From NCBI GenBank assembly GCA_028534125.1, contig CM052816.1:46378001-46442000 (forward strand): a DNA stretch of 64,000 nucleotides. Reading direction: 5' to 3'. The notes beneath the pieces were generated by a model that saw only the letters and a list, made by a program, of their open reading frames with translations, did not search any database and had not been told where the DNA came from. The DNA comes from Lama glama (lineage: Eukaryota). The first letter of the stretch is position 1, and every line of letters starts with the position of its first letter. Of the stretch, positions 39,290-53,021 are shown piece by piece. The position numbers were made by a program, and so were the translations under genes.

Positions 39290-41000
39290 TAAATAACTCA
39301 GACCCTTCCATTGATGGCAACCAAAAAAGCTGGATAATTTTTTTTTAATTTGAAAAGAAAAATATGCTTGAAGGTCTAGAAATCTACCTCAATAGTAGAA
39401 AATTCCAGAGCCAGGTTCTCAGAAAACAGAGGTGTGGAGATGAGCCCAGCATCCAGGGTTAATTTACCCCTGAAGATAGCTGCAATTCCTGGAGCGGGCC
39501 ACTGAGAGACAGAGGGACACTTTTACTCTCCCACACACACTAAGATGTATAAAGCACACTAATCCTAAACTCAAAGACTGTTTCACAAACCTAACACCTT
39601 TGTAACCACTACTCAGTTTAAGACTCAATATTTCCTCACCCCACAGATTTTCTCCCATACTTCTTCTTCCTTGTGTAACTGCTATCGCATCTTCCATCAC
39701 AATCATTTAGTTTTGCTTGCTTTTGGACTTCACACAAATGAAATTTTTGCAGACATAAACATGTCAAAATGAGGTCATTAGGGTGGCCCCTAATCTGAGT
39801 AGTGTTCTCAACCAGTTGTTTTTTTTTTTTTTTTACTTTGTTATGGCAGCCCTAGGAAACTAATAAAATGCGTAGCAATGACTTGGAGGCACTGGAAATA
39901 TCTAAAGCGGGCAAAAATATAGGGGTTTCTATCTTTAAAAGAAGAGAGGCACATCAGAGAAGTTCCACATTTGTCTAACTCTTTCCCTGAAGGCATTTTT
40001 CAGTTTGATGCCACAGTATAGGTAATAGAGCTCAAGCAGGAAACAAGATTCTTAGCAAATCAATGAAACATACAAGAGCTGGAGTTTAGGACTGAAAGAG
40101 CAACTATAAATTGAGAGAAAATATAGAGAAGAGGGAACTGAACTATAGGGAGCTCCCAAAATGCACACAAATAGCTATAAAGCATTAGCTGACTCCAAAA
40201 CAGCATATGTACTCCAGAATTAAGCAACATCTGGGAAGCTAAAGAATTGAGCAAAGATTTCAACAGCTCCCTGATGCTGTGGAGATAAAGTTTGGAATTC
40301 AAGTCTCACCAATTTAGAGGAGCTTGGTAAACAATTGAGATTTTCACCAAAACACCAAAAGAGCCACCCCTACTACTAGGGACTATACTAAATTAGATCT
40401 GTCCTTACAAAGTCTAAAATCAGCTCCACAGATCACTGTAATCCACTGCTTCTCCATCTGCCCCTTTTTACCCCTTTGTTATTCACAATGTCTAGCATCC
40501 AATGAAACATGCTAAAAATATGATTAATTGATTGGAAATAACTGAAAAAAAACAGAAAATTAGACTTACAGATGGTTCACAATCTCAAATTAGTGAAAAA
40601 TATTTTAAAATATCTCTCATAAATTTGTTAAACAAATAGGGAAATGGCTATAATGGAAGAAAATGGAGAATTTCAATAGAGAACTGAGAGCTATTTTTAA
40701 AAATTCAACGATGGCTATAACAGTAGGTTGGACATAGCACAAGATACAGATTGAGACCGAAAACCAGGTCAATAGAAAATTCAAACTGAAATATGTCGAT
40801 TAAAAAAAAAAGAACAAAAGAAAAGAACAATGGGACAACAGGACATGGTCAAATATTCTGTCATGTATATAACTGGAGACACAGGAATAAAGAGATAGAA
40901 TGTAAAACACAAGAAATATTTGAAGAGATAATGCCCAGAAACTTCCCCAAACTGATCAAAGACTGATTTAGGAAACCTGACGAACCTCAAACAGGCATTA
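39290..41000 (+). mobile_element. Old L1 5'/ORF1 remnant with nested insertions (reverse L1 3' piece about 39540-39750; internally deleted MLT1B-like LTR about 39760-39868)
   Basis: ORF1-like gaaatatttgaagagataatgcccagaaacttccccaaactg; MLT1 pieces aatgaggtcattagggtgg and ttatggcagccctaggaaactaata. Confidence 0.65.
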
Positions 41001-42389
41001 CCAGGGAAAAAGAGTTCTCATCCGACTTGTTGATTTTGACATTTTTAAACTATATGTTTAGTGCTTACTCTGAACCAAACATCAAGGACATATCACTGAA
41101 TGGGTAGTATATCCTCAAAGAGCTTGCAGTCTAACAGGAAAGACAAAGGTTAAATACTCCCATATTCAGTTACTGATTAATTGTGTAGAGTGAAGAAGAA
41201 TAAGGAGTCAAATATAACTTCAATTTGAAATGAGAGACTGAAGATTATAGCAGTTCTGAAAAGAGTTATACAAATACAGAGAAAGGGATGGATATGAGAA
41301 GCATTAACATGGACCTGAAAACAATCCGTTTAGATAAATAGTTAAACAATGGCTAAATAAAGATTTATGATAGAGCTACATAACCATTTCCTTCTTCCTT
41401 CTACCACTAAAATATTTTATTTCATAGCAGACATTTTTCTTGAAAATTTTGGGCAAGTGACTCTCAAATCCATATTCCTCTTGCCTAAATCAACCTTGCA
41501 GGAATGTACAATGCTTTATACCCTGGAAGATTTAACACATCCTTGAATGATGAATATGAATATGAATATAATCAAAACCAATATTTTTATTATCTTTTGT
41601 GAAGTACATAACAAAATATTACTAAAACAACATAATATTCATTGGATAATAACTATAAATATTTTATCTACCACATTAATGACAAGACTACTTGTCTACC
41701 GAGCTCCTAAGCTATTTAGGCTCAAATTTTTTGACTTAGGAGAAAAAAGGAGCAAAGGAGGGAGAGAATGAGTCACCTTTATGCCAAGAATGAATTATAT
41801 TCCTCTTCCCCTAATTAACAAAGGCACCAAGTTTGAGTTACTTTTTTCAATTGCCAACTCAGAAATATTTCAATCACCTATTAAAATAAACTTTTCCCAT
41901 TTCTTCCAACAATAGGAAATCAGCATCGAAATTTAAGAAAATAAAGAATAGTTTAATTAAGAGAACAAAATCATCAATAATTATATACCCAAAGACAATT
42001 GCTGTTAGCTTTTGTGTACTTTCTGCAACCCTGTAACAAATGTATTAATCATACTAATTCATTAGGCAATGACTGGCCTTTTTTTCTTCACATGGATTAT
42101 ATATTTTTAAAAGCATTTTCCAATACTGTAAATCTCACTTTAATGAATTATACTGCATTATGAAGACATACCATAATTTTTGTTGGATTCACTATTTTTC
42201 TAGTTTTGTCCCCAATTTTTCATGATTACGTTATTTGGAACTGAAGTGTAGTAAAATTATCCACTTGAGATCCATAAATTTAATAATTTGTATTATCCTT
42301 TCTACTACTCTTAAAAATAAATTATATGATAGAGTTGTTTCTACCTTGAGCTTTGTGTTTAAATAATCTTTTTTTTTACAGTTGACATT

Positions 42390-42760
42390 CATTTCAAAAG
42401 CCTTTATAATTTCCCCTTTTTAACACTAAAGTTAACATCTCTTTTGCAACTTTTTTTTCATTTAAAAATGTATACCTGTTGGAATATTTCCATTTCAGTA
42501 TTTCAGTACACAGAAAGTTCCCCCTCCCTTTTTCTTCACAAATGCAGATTACTGCATTGTATGCTGCAGTAAGTAGCCTAGTAAACCATCATGTTAATAT
42601 GCAGAAATACATCGACAGGAAAGATTTCCAGAAATATGACTGCTCGGTAAAAGTATAAATACATTTGTAATGGGTATTCACTGTTGTTGAATTTGTATTA
42701 AAACACACATGCACATACACACACATACCTGGGAGTGTACACAGAAAATATCGATGCAAT
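42390..42760 (-). mobile_element. Old L1 (L1ME-type) 3' fragment
   Basis: ttggaatatttccatttcagta...tactgcattgtatg...gatttccagaaatatgactgctcggtaaaagtata. Confidence 0.5.
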
Positions 42761-43615
42761 TGATTAAGTTATATGGAGACAGGGCATGGGGCTTGGTAAA
42801 TGGGAAACAGCATGGGATTAAAATTTTGCATATTTCATATTTCACATTTCTATAATTTGTATTTTTATTGTGATCCACTATTGTGAATAGTGTCAACTAT
42901 TCAAAAAGTAAATTTTAAATGCCTACCTGTCAATATCACCCAACAACCTCAACTCTTTATTCTAGCAGGACAAAGGTTTAAAGACTATTACGACACCCAT
43001 ACTGGAACACATACGCAACCCTGCGCTCTAATTCACTGGGTTTTGTGACACGCAGTCTTGTAAAAAAGCACTGCCAATTTATACAGGATACGGAAATGGC
43101 TAGACTGAACTGCAGAAGGGCGTGGAAGACTAATTCTAAGGCTTAGACTGCAAACAGCCAACTAGATGTTCCCAAGTCCCGAACTTTTACAACATAATTC
43201 TAAAACAAATCATCCCTGAGAGCATTTTCTTATTAGTGTCTATTGCTGTGAGACTGTTCAACAATATAATGTGAGAACTGGTCCCAAGTATGGGATATAA
43301 CCATTTTAAAGCAGCTCTTGTCATAGTTTAGGGCAGGACACTCTAGGCAGAGCATGAAGTGTTTCCCATAGTGAAGACAGTGGTCAGTGATTCTAGGAAG
43401 AATATCCTCTACACAGCGATCCTTCTCTACTAATATTAGATTTGGGGGGCTTAAATTTAAAAAGAGGAGGTTTGGGAGCAATTTTGTACGCCCTAGGATG
43501 AAGCTTTTCCTCTCCATCTCCCTATTACTCTTTGCCCAGCTCAGACACAGAATTAGAGGAAACACATGATAAAACCGTCATTTAACTCCATAATATCACC
43601 ATGTAATGACTTCTA

Positions 43616-43703
43616 AATGTGCAGCTTTTTTCTTTCGTTTTTCCTGTTTTGAACCATTTGGTCACATATTAAATCCAGCAGGGGTAGAAAAAAGCTGCAC
43701 ATT
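43616..43703. repeat. Perfect 18-bp inverted repeat (hairpin)
   Basis: aatgtgcagcttttttct (43616-43633) is the exact reverse complement of agaaaaaagctgcacatt (43686-43703). Confidence 0.95.
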
Positions 43704-44220
43704 GACTTAAGAAAAGTACCTAGGGAGAAAAAACAACTCTTGTTACAGAGATACAAAACGTCCCCCCCCCCAAAAAAAGCTATTAGAATTGAAAAGTTTA
43801 TTTGCCCAAATTCAGTATACATATATTCAAACAGATAAGTGACCTCTACCAAAGACAAGGTTCCCTGAATGATGGCTCAGAAAGGCTTCCAGAATTCTGA
43901 GAAAAAGTTTTCAGTATGTTGTTCCAAAGCACTTTCTCACCAAAACAGCATTCACAGAAGAAGCCTAAAAGGTGACGCCAAGGTCCTGCTGCTACACAAT
44001 TTTTAGAAACATGAAGACCCTACATCAGAAAGAAAGGGTTTATGTAACTTTAGGAAAAGCAGACAGCAATTTGGCAGCTTAATAAAGTTCATTTCACAAA
44101 GCTGAGAAGTTCTGTGTCATGAAATGTTCTTCTCTCGATTACATGTCAAGGTCATTGTCACCAGTATTGCTACAGAATTGGTCAAATGTAGCCCTACTTT
44201 CATGATTTCTCATACATCCT

Positions 44221-44960
44221 TAGTGTCAGGTGGGTAAATGTTTAACAACTGCATCTCTGGTGGGGAAAAAAACTGTATACCTACACACACAGTTGAGTAT
44301 TTTTTTTAAATAAATTTTACCAGTATAAAGATTGTGTAGCATACTGTTTACAAATAGGATGAAAGCGATATAATGGATTCATGTATCAGTATGTCACTCA
44401 CTCACAGTGACATGTGTGAGCAACTTCTCTGCTAAATCAGATAAGTTTTCGATAGTGCAGGAAGAATGTTTCTTCCATTTTGGTGCTACTTAAAAAAATG
44501 TAATGAACACATAGAAAGCATTTAGATTTAAACTGCATTAACAGTTTCTCCATCACTTTCTTGAATTTGTATAAACAACAATAATTCAATCCCCTATTAT
44601 TAGCATTTGGTGATTTCCATGATGTAACAACACCCACCATGGCCAATTTCAAGCTACCAATGTGACATCAATGAACAGAGAGCTGGGAAAAAATGCCCAG
44701 TAACACAACACTGCATACTGATTCCACTACATGATACAGTAGATATAAATAAGGGCACCGATAGAACTAAAATGCAGTAAATTAATAGGAAATGATGTTT
44801 TTGTATTTACTGCCTTTTATTTTAATATCACTTATTTAACATAAGCCAGCATATTTTAATTTCCTCTTATGGTCTGCTGAACAACCAGCTTCCAAAATTA
44901 CTGAAAAATTTAACAACTGGTTCTCACAAGCTGGTAAAAGCTGACTCTAGCACATCTTTG
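44221..44960 (-). mobile_element. MER63 (hAT-Blackjack) non-autonomous DNA transposon, both ends present
   Basis: Left ggtaaatgtttaacaactg; minus strand of right end gatgtgctagagtcagcttttaccagcttgtgagaaccagttgttaaatttttcag resembles the MER63 start; flanks atacatcct/ataatcct resemble a TSD. Confidence 0.8.
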
Positions 44961-46440
44961 GATAATCCTATAAGCTATTCCCAACAAACGAAAGGTTTAT
45001 TTTCGAAAATGTTCATCTGATTAGTTTGCTTGGACCTCTAACCTCTTGTACCTATGAAAATATTATTGATAATGATGGAAACAGGCCCTAAATAAAACTG
45101 CATTTGTAATAATAATTCTAAAAACCAACAGCAAGAACAAGAGTAACGTCATCTTAGTAAGCAAAACATTTAAACTTGAAGTCCATATATTTGTAAAAGA
45201 ATAAAAGTGAAGGCCGAAGTTTGTGGTGATTCCAAAGGTGAATTCTGAGCACATTCAAAGCTTCTAAAGTTGGTGATACTGCTCCTTTATTGAATCTACT
45301 TACAGTGGAAGAGAGAATATGGGATAGCAAAGGGGAGACTGTATGTTAGAAGATTTAGGCAAGTCACCTTTTCAATCTGGAAATGTACACTTAATATTTG
45401 TTCAGTTGTCAGTATCTCCTCTAATATCCTCATCCACAGGGTCTTCCTTTACTGTTAGAAATGCTCTCGTATTACTTTGTTATATACACACTGACAAGTG
45501 ATTTTTCATATCTATGCTTATTAACTACCTTAGAGTAAATACAACCATTTTCTGTACAGGACTAAGAATTTCAGGATTCCTTACTACACAGATTTTTTAA
45601 TACTAATGCCCAGCCAAATTAGAAGACAAATAATGTGAAATAACCTTTAATGCTTATCTAAGTTGAGTCCTTAATCATAAAGCGTTAGTTCAGCATGAGC
45701 TTTTAGTTTACAATGAAGGAGGAAGGAAGGTTTTAGTTTTTGCAGCATATATATTTCTAGCACTCCTTCCTGATTTTATGGGCAATTCTGTCTTCATGCT
45801 TCCTTAATCTTGAAGCTCTTTCAAAGGCAACATACTGTGCCAAATGTACAGTGATTATGTAATGTGGACAAAAATCCAGTGGGAAATGTGTAGAGCAGAT
45901 CAAAATCATTCCACTTAAGACCTTTTACAGTCATTTGATCTAATGATGTTCACTAGGGTTTGATGTACTAAAAGGCAGCCACTGTGCAAACATAAGGTTT
46001 GCATCAACATACGACTTTTCAGTGAAACTGGGATCACTGTGATCTTCTGAAGACTATTTTACATACAAAATAAAAATATCTTTACAAAACAAATCCCATG
46101 GCAAATTTTTTGAATCACAGAATTATATGCTACTTCCTATGCAAAATCTCTTTTTCTTGTTAAATGGACATCAAAGCAGTATCTTATATAAATGGGAAGT
46201 GAAAGAGAGAAATCCACTGATTACTCACGTTCGAAGAATGGCTCATCCAAACTTTTGCAGAAACAGTTAACTTTCATGTAGTTTGCTGTTTCCATTTACA
46301 CTTGCAGACACAGATCAAATCATTACATGCACTTTCATATTTAAGCTAGAAAGTGTTTTCTCATTTCTTTTAATTTTCTATTCTTCAGTTACCTTTTTCA
46401 AAGTTCACCAATATTGTATATTCCAGAAATCAAAAAAAAA

Positions 46441-48275
46441 GTATGATTTCTAATTTCAACTCAGACATGTAAAGAGCTTGAAGTCATTACTCACATCCCT
46501 ACAATAATAAAAACCTAAATAAATTGAAAAGCAATGATTTCTTGGACCACAGAGAACTGAGGTGGCAGGGCAAACTGCCACCCAGATATCTGGAGAGACA
46601 GATAAATCCAAAGAGTTGGCCAAGAGCTACTTGCCTGGAGGAGAAGCCACCAGAATCATAAACTAGTAGGAACATTTATGTTGTAATTTTGACAAACTGC
46701 TAGAGGCCGAGTGGACTAGCGTGAAAATGAGAAACTTGAGGAGCACAGTCTTGGGGGGACCCCCACACATTTTACCTTAAGGAACCCCACTAGACTCACA
46801 GTGAGATTCAAAAAAGATCCCTCAGGGTTCTGGTAAGACCAGGGGAAAAACAATCTTTGTTAAACACATCCAGGCTCTTCTCCCTAACAAAGGCCTAGAA
46901 TTTAGGGGAAAAGACTTTGCTTGAGGGCTCATCCTAGCTGAGAGAAGGGAATTCCTCCAACTCCAGCCCTCTCCAGCCTTCCTATTCTATATAAGGAAAA
47001 AAGAAAGAAAGAAACAGAAGCCAGAGATTCAAAGAAATAGAATGGCAATGCTACAACCAAAGAAGCAAGGGGAGAAAGCTATACCCCTGGAGAAATACAC
47101 GTAAAGGTCACAGCCCTAAAAATAAGATCACCTAAAAGACTCAGATTTGATTATAAAAGAACAGAATTCTCCCCCTCCCCCATACCTGACCACCTCAACA
47201 GGGCTCCAGTATAACAACAGAATATTACAGCTGAAAGAGCTGCAAAATGTTAACTCTCTCTGAGGAGTACTCAGGGAAGCCCAAAGTCAACAGGGTAGAT
47301 AAAACAAGAACACAAAGGGAATTTGAAGCTGCTTGCACCTACTGCTTCAGCAAACATAAATACAGACCAAGTCCTAGCCGGATTAGCATAAATAATCATA
47401 CTACAAGCCCGTTTACCTCAGTTCCTATTACCCAATATATCCTGTCTGGTTTTCAACAAAAAGTTGTAAGTTATGCTAAAAGGCAAGAAACACAGAGTCC
47501 AAAGAGACAAAGCAAGCATCAGAACTAGACTCAGATACGACACTCATGTTAGAATTATTAGACAGGAAATTTAAAATAACTATGTTATATGTTAGGGCTT
47601 TAATTTTAAAAAAAGATGAACACGCAAGAACAGACAGGAGATACAAGAAGAGGTAAATGCCAGGAGAAATAAAATCAAAAAGAAATATGAGTGATCAAAA
47701 AATATAACAGAAGTTAAGAAAACCTTTGATAGGTTCATCCACAGATTGAGTATGGCAAAGGAAAGACAGCTTTAAGATAGGTCCATAGAAACTTTCCAAG
47801 CTGAAATGAAAAAGTAAAAAAAAAAGAATTAACAAAACAAAACAAAGAAAAGAATGTCCAGGAATTGTGGGACACTTTCAAAAAGTGTAATGTATGTATA
47901 ATTGGATTACCAAAAGGAGAAAAAAGAATGAAATAGAATAAATATTTGAAGTAATACTGACCAAGAACTTTCCAAAATTAATGACAGATACCAAACCACA
48001 GATCTAGGAATCTTCAATGAACATCAAGCAGAATAAGTACCAAAAAACCTGTATCTGGCCATGTTATACTCACACTACAGAAAACAAAGACCAGGAAAAT
48101 ATCTTGAAAGAGAAATATATGCCTAACAAAAAGGGAAAAGGATTAGAATTACAATGAACTTCTCATCAGAAACCATGAAAGCAAGAAAAGAGTATATGGG
48201 AACTCTCTGTACTATCTTTGTATTCTTTCTGTTAATCTACAATTGCTCTAAAACAAAGTTTTTTTAAAAAAAAAA
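46441..48275 (+). mobile_element. L1MD-like element: 5'UTR + most of ORF1 fused to the extreme 3' end and polyA, ORF2 absent
   Basis: 5' end atgtaaagagcttgaag...cagagaactgaggtggcagggcaaactgccaccc; ORF1 remnant to tcatcagaaaccatgaaagcaagaaaagagt, then gtatatgggaactctctgtactatctttg and an A-run. Confidence 0.8.
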
Positions 48276-48459
48276 CTAGGCTTCTGACGTAGATTTTGCT
48301 CGTAAGATATTTCCCTCTTCTCAGGGTGGGTTTGATATCCTCAGGGTGTTCATTTTGCTGTTCTTTGTAATAAGGGAAGGACAAATATTGAAAAATTCTA
48401 ACTTTACTCTATCCACTCCAAGAAGCTACTTTACGTATCTATTTCTAAACTACTTCAAG

Positions 48460-48700
48460 GGGCAAAATGACTTAGAGGTTAAAAATATGGACACTGGAAC
48501 AGGCTTAAATACTGGCTCCACCACTTTCCACCCATGTTAAAACTCGCTCAAATTATTTAACTTCTCTGTGCTCTAATTTCCTTATCTGGAAAATAAGGAT
48601 AACTGTAAGACCTATTTTACAGAGTTATGATGAGGATAAAATGTTTATATACATACATACAAAGGATGGTAATAGTAATGGTTAAGTAAATGCTAAGTTA
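48460..48700 (+). mobile_element. MIR SINE
   Basis: gaggttaaaaatatggacactgg...aaatactggctccaccact...ttatttaacttctctgtgctctaatttccttatctggaaaataaggataa. Confidence 0.85.
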
Positions 48701-48775
48701 TCTAAGTTGAGGATTGAAGGCTTTATTTTTTTTACCTCCTTCCTAGTCTAACATAAGGAAAGTATTAAGTGTGTA

Positions 48776-50829
48776 CATGCATACATTGTTTTATTGAACT
48801 TTGTTTTATTGTGCTCACAGATATTGTATTTCTTTTTTTTTTTTTACAAATTGAGATTTTGTCACAACTCTGCACTGAGCAATTCTATTGACACCATTTT
48901 GCAAAGGGCATTTGCTCACTTCCTGTCTCTGTCACATTTTGGTAATTCTCACAATATTTCAAACTGTTTCATTATTGTTATATTTTTATGGTGTGCTCAT
49001 TGATGCTACTATTATAATTGTTGTGGGGGAGCCATGAGCCACTCCCATATAAAACGGTGAACTTAATCCGTAAATGTTATGGATTCTAACTACTTCAACC
49101 AGCCGTTCCCTGTCTCTCCCTCTCCTCAGGCCTCCCTATTCTCTGAGACACAACAATATTAAAATTAGGCCAATTAATAAGCCACAATGGCCTCTTAAGT
49201 GTTCAGCTGGAAGGAAGAGTCACATGTCTCTCACTTTAAATCAAAAGTTAAAAATGATTAAGCATAGGATGAAGGTATGTCAAAAGCTGAGACAGTCTGA
49301 AAGCTAACCTTCTTGTGCCAAATAGCCAAGTTCTGAATGAAAAGGATAAATTCTTGAAGGAAATTAAAAGTGCTACTTTAGTGAACACAGATAATAAGAA
49401 AGTGAAGCAGCCTTATTGCTGATATGGAAAAAGTTTTACTGGTCTGGATAGAAGATTAAACCAGTTACAACATTCCCTTAAGTCAAAGCTTAATCCAGAG
49501 GAAGTCTCTAACTTTTTTAATTCTATGAAGGCTGATAGAGGTAAGGAGGCTACAGAAGAAAGGTTTGAAGCTAGCAGAGATCAGTTTATGAGGCTGAAGG
49601 AAAGTCATCTTCATAACATAAAGTGTAAGGTGAAGCAGCAAGTGCTGATGTAGAAGCTGCAGCAAGTTATCCACAAGATTCAGTTAATATGCACTGAACT
49701 ACAGATTTTCAATATAGACAAAACAGCTTTCTATTAGAAGGTACCATCTGGGACTTTCATAGCTAGAGAAGAAAAGTCAATGCCTGGCTTCAAAGCTTAA
49801 AGGACAGGCTGATACCCTTGTTAGGAGCTAATGTAGCTGGTGACTTCAAATTGAAGCCAATGCTCATTTACCATTCAAAAAATCCTACGGCCCTTAAGAA
49901 TTAATGCTAAATCTTTTCTGCCTCTGCTGTCTAAATAGTCAACAGAGCCTGAATGACAGCACATCTGTTGACAACATGATTTACTGAGTATTTTAAGCTC
50001 ACTGTTGAGACCTATGGCTCAGAAAGAAAGGTTCCTTTCAAAATATTACTACTGACAATGTACCTGATTACCCACGAGCTCTGATGGAGATATACAGATA
50101 TACAGCAAGATTAATGTTGTTTTCATGCCTGATAGTACATTTATTCTGTAGCCTTGGATCAAAGTGTACTTTTGGATCAAGTGGAGCCTGAAGAAGTGAC
50201 TGAATTGCAGCAATCTCATGATCAAACATTAAGAGATGAGAAGTTGCTTCTACAGATGAGTGAAGAGTAGGTTCTTGAGATGCAACCTACTCCTTGTGAA
50301 GGTGCTCTGAAGACTGTTGAAATGACAACAAAGGATTTAGGATATTAAATAAACTTAGTTGATAAAGCAACAGAATGGTTGGAGAAGATTTCAATTTTCA
50401 AGTAAGCTCTACTGTGTTTAAAATGCTATCAAATAGCATTGCACGCTACAGAGAAATCTTTTGTGAAAAGAAGACTCAACTAATGCAGCAAACTTCACTG
50501 TTGTCTTAAGAAATTGCCACATCCACCCCAACTTTCCTTCAGCAGCCATCAACATCCAGTCAAGACTCTACACCAGCAAAAAGATTTCAACTTGCTGAAA
50601 GCTCAGATGATGGTCAACATTTTTTAGCAATAAAGTATTTTTAATTAAGTTATATACATTGCTTTTTTAGACATAATGCTACTACACACTTAACAAACTA
50701 CAGTATAGTGTGAACATAACTTTTATATGCACTGAGAAAGCAAAAACATTGTGTGACTCACTTTATTGCAATATTCACTTTATTGCCATGATCTGAAACT
50801 GAACCCTCCATATCTCTGAAGTATGCGTA
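48776..50829 (+). mobile_element. Tigger1-family (TcMar/pogo) DNA transposon, near full length, decayed transposase
   Basis: TA-flanked TIRs catgcatacattg...ctgaagtatgcgta; diagnostic ggaagagtcacatgtctctcactttaaatcaaaag and gtcaatgcctggcttcaaagc; apparent internal deletion near 50170-50180. Confidence 0.92.
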
Positions 50830-50929
50830 TATTCTTTGCAAAAAATGCCGTCTCTAAATCTAGCTCATTACTCTGAGTAATTCCACATTTTACATTAAAT
50901 CTTCAGAATATTTGCATTTAAAACCACAT

Positions 50930-52657
50930 TGAACATAAGTGCAGCAAGGTTACAGGTTATAAGATCAATATACAAAAATCAACTGTACAATAGTAATGAA
51001 CAATTTTACAATAAAATGGAGAAAATAATTCCATTTATAATAGCATAAAAAGAGCAAAATACTTAAGAATAAATCTAATCAAAGAAGTGCAAGACTGGTA
51101 TACTGAAAACTACAAAACATTGTTGAAAGAAATGAAAGCCCTAACTAAATGGAAAGACATCATGTGTTCATAGATTGGACTTAATATTATCAAGTATCAG
51201 GGCAATACTACCTAAATTAATCTAGAGATTCAACAAAATCTCTATCAAAATATCAAGAACATTTTTTACAGAAATAGACAATCTGACTCTAAAATTCATA
51301 TAGAATTTTAAGGAACCCAAATAGGCCAATTTTTAAGTTGAAGAATTCATGGGTTTTTTTTTTTATTATTTCAAAACCTATCATTAAGCTACAGTAATCA
51401 TGGCAATGTGGTTCTAGCATAAGGACAGACATACAGCTCGACGGAATAGAACTTGGAGCACAAAAATAAACCCACACATCTATGGTTATTTGATTTTTGG
51501 TGAAGATTCCAAGAACAGTCTCTTCAACAAGTCCTGCTGAGACAACTGCATACTCAAATGAAAATAACTAATTCTTACCATTACTTCACATCACATACAA
51601 AAATTACCTCAAAATGAATCAAAGACGTATATATAAGAACTAAAGCAATAAAAATCTTGGAAGAAAATCTAGTTGTAAATCTTGATGATTGACAAGATTT
51701 ACTGCCTTAGATTAGGCCATAATTTCTTAACTATGACATCAAAAACACAAAAAACCAAAGAAAAATAGAAAAATGAGACTTAATTTAAATGAAAACTTTA
51801 GTGGATCAAAGGACAGTACCAAGGAAATGAAAAAGCTATATAATGGGAGAAAATATTTTCAATTCAACAATAAGACAATTCTTCAGTAAAACAATAAAAA
51901 GACAAATAACTCAAAGAATGGTCAAAGAATCTGAATAGACATTTCCCCCAAGAAATTGTACAAATGGCTAAGTACATGAAAAGATGCTTAACATCACTAG
52001 TTGTTAGGGAAACACAAATCAAAACCACAGTGAGATACCACTTCATACTCACTGAGATGGCTAAAATTAAAAAACTGAAAAATAACAAGTGGCGGCAAGG
52101 ATGTGGAGATACTGTGATCCTCACGCATTGCTAGTGGAATGTTAAGTGGTTCTGTCACTACAGAAAATAGTTTGGTAATGCCCCAAAAAGTTAAGTACAG
52201 AGTATGATCCAGCAATTCCACTCCTAAGTATATACCCAAGAGAACTGAAAATAAAAGTTCACACATGTATGTGAATATTTATAGCAGCATTATTTATAAC
52301 AGCTAAAAAGTGGAAACAAGCTAAATATGCATCAACCAATAAGTGGATAAACAAAATGTGGTATATCTATACAATGGAATACCATTAGGCCCTAAAAAGG
52401 AATGAAAGAATGATACATACCACAATAGGATGAACCTTGAAATATTGTGCTTAATGAAAAAAAAATCAGACAAAAAAGTCACATATTATATAATTCCATT
52501 TATATTCAGAATAGAGGTAGAAAGTAGATGAGTGGTTGCTGGGAAGTGGAGGTAGGGAAAAATGAAGGGTCCTTGCTAAGGGAGATAAGATTTTATTTTT
52601 AGGGTGATGAGAATACTCTGGAGTTAGATGATGATGGTTGCACAACCTCATGAATAT
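50930..52657 (+). mobile_element. L1MB-type LINE, ORF2 3' half + 3'UTR
   Basis: gcagcaaggttacaggttataagatcaatatacaaaaatcaactg; caaatcaaaaccacagtgagatacc; 3'UTR gggtgatgagaatactctggagttagatgatgatggttgcacaac. Confidence 0.9.
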
Positions 52658-52659
52658 TG

Positions 52660-53021
52660 GAGTTACCAACAGTGGACTAGCATTATCACTCCAAGGACTG
52701 AAGGAGCAACAGAAGAGGACTTGGAAAGATGTGTTGCTGAAGGAAAGGGCCACACAGTGGATGCTGGGCCTTTAGTGTAGAGACTCACTGGCCCTGCCAA
52801 AAATCACTGGAAGGGAAGGAGCCTGGGGAATAAATATTCCATCCATGTTCCCCTCCTTTCACTGATATCCTACCTGGGCCTCTCTCAAATTGACCAAACT
52901 CAATAGAAGCCAGAAGGTAAGGAAGCCCATATAAGTCAACAGAGTTCACACTCTGGTGCACATACCTGGAGGGAGAAAAATTTCAAGTACACCTAGAGAG
53001 GGCAAAGAGAAGATGCAGCAG
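52660..53021 (-). mobile_element. LTR33-like ERVL solo LTR fragment
   Basis: accaaactcaatagaagccagaaggtaaggaagccc...gagagggcaaagagaagatgcagca. Confidence 0.65.

Noticed and set aside
43233..43565. 110-aa minus-strand ORF next to the hairpin
   Set aside because: Non-ATG start, no recognisable homology and no supporting splice sites.
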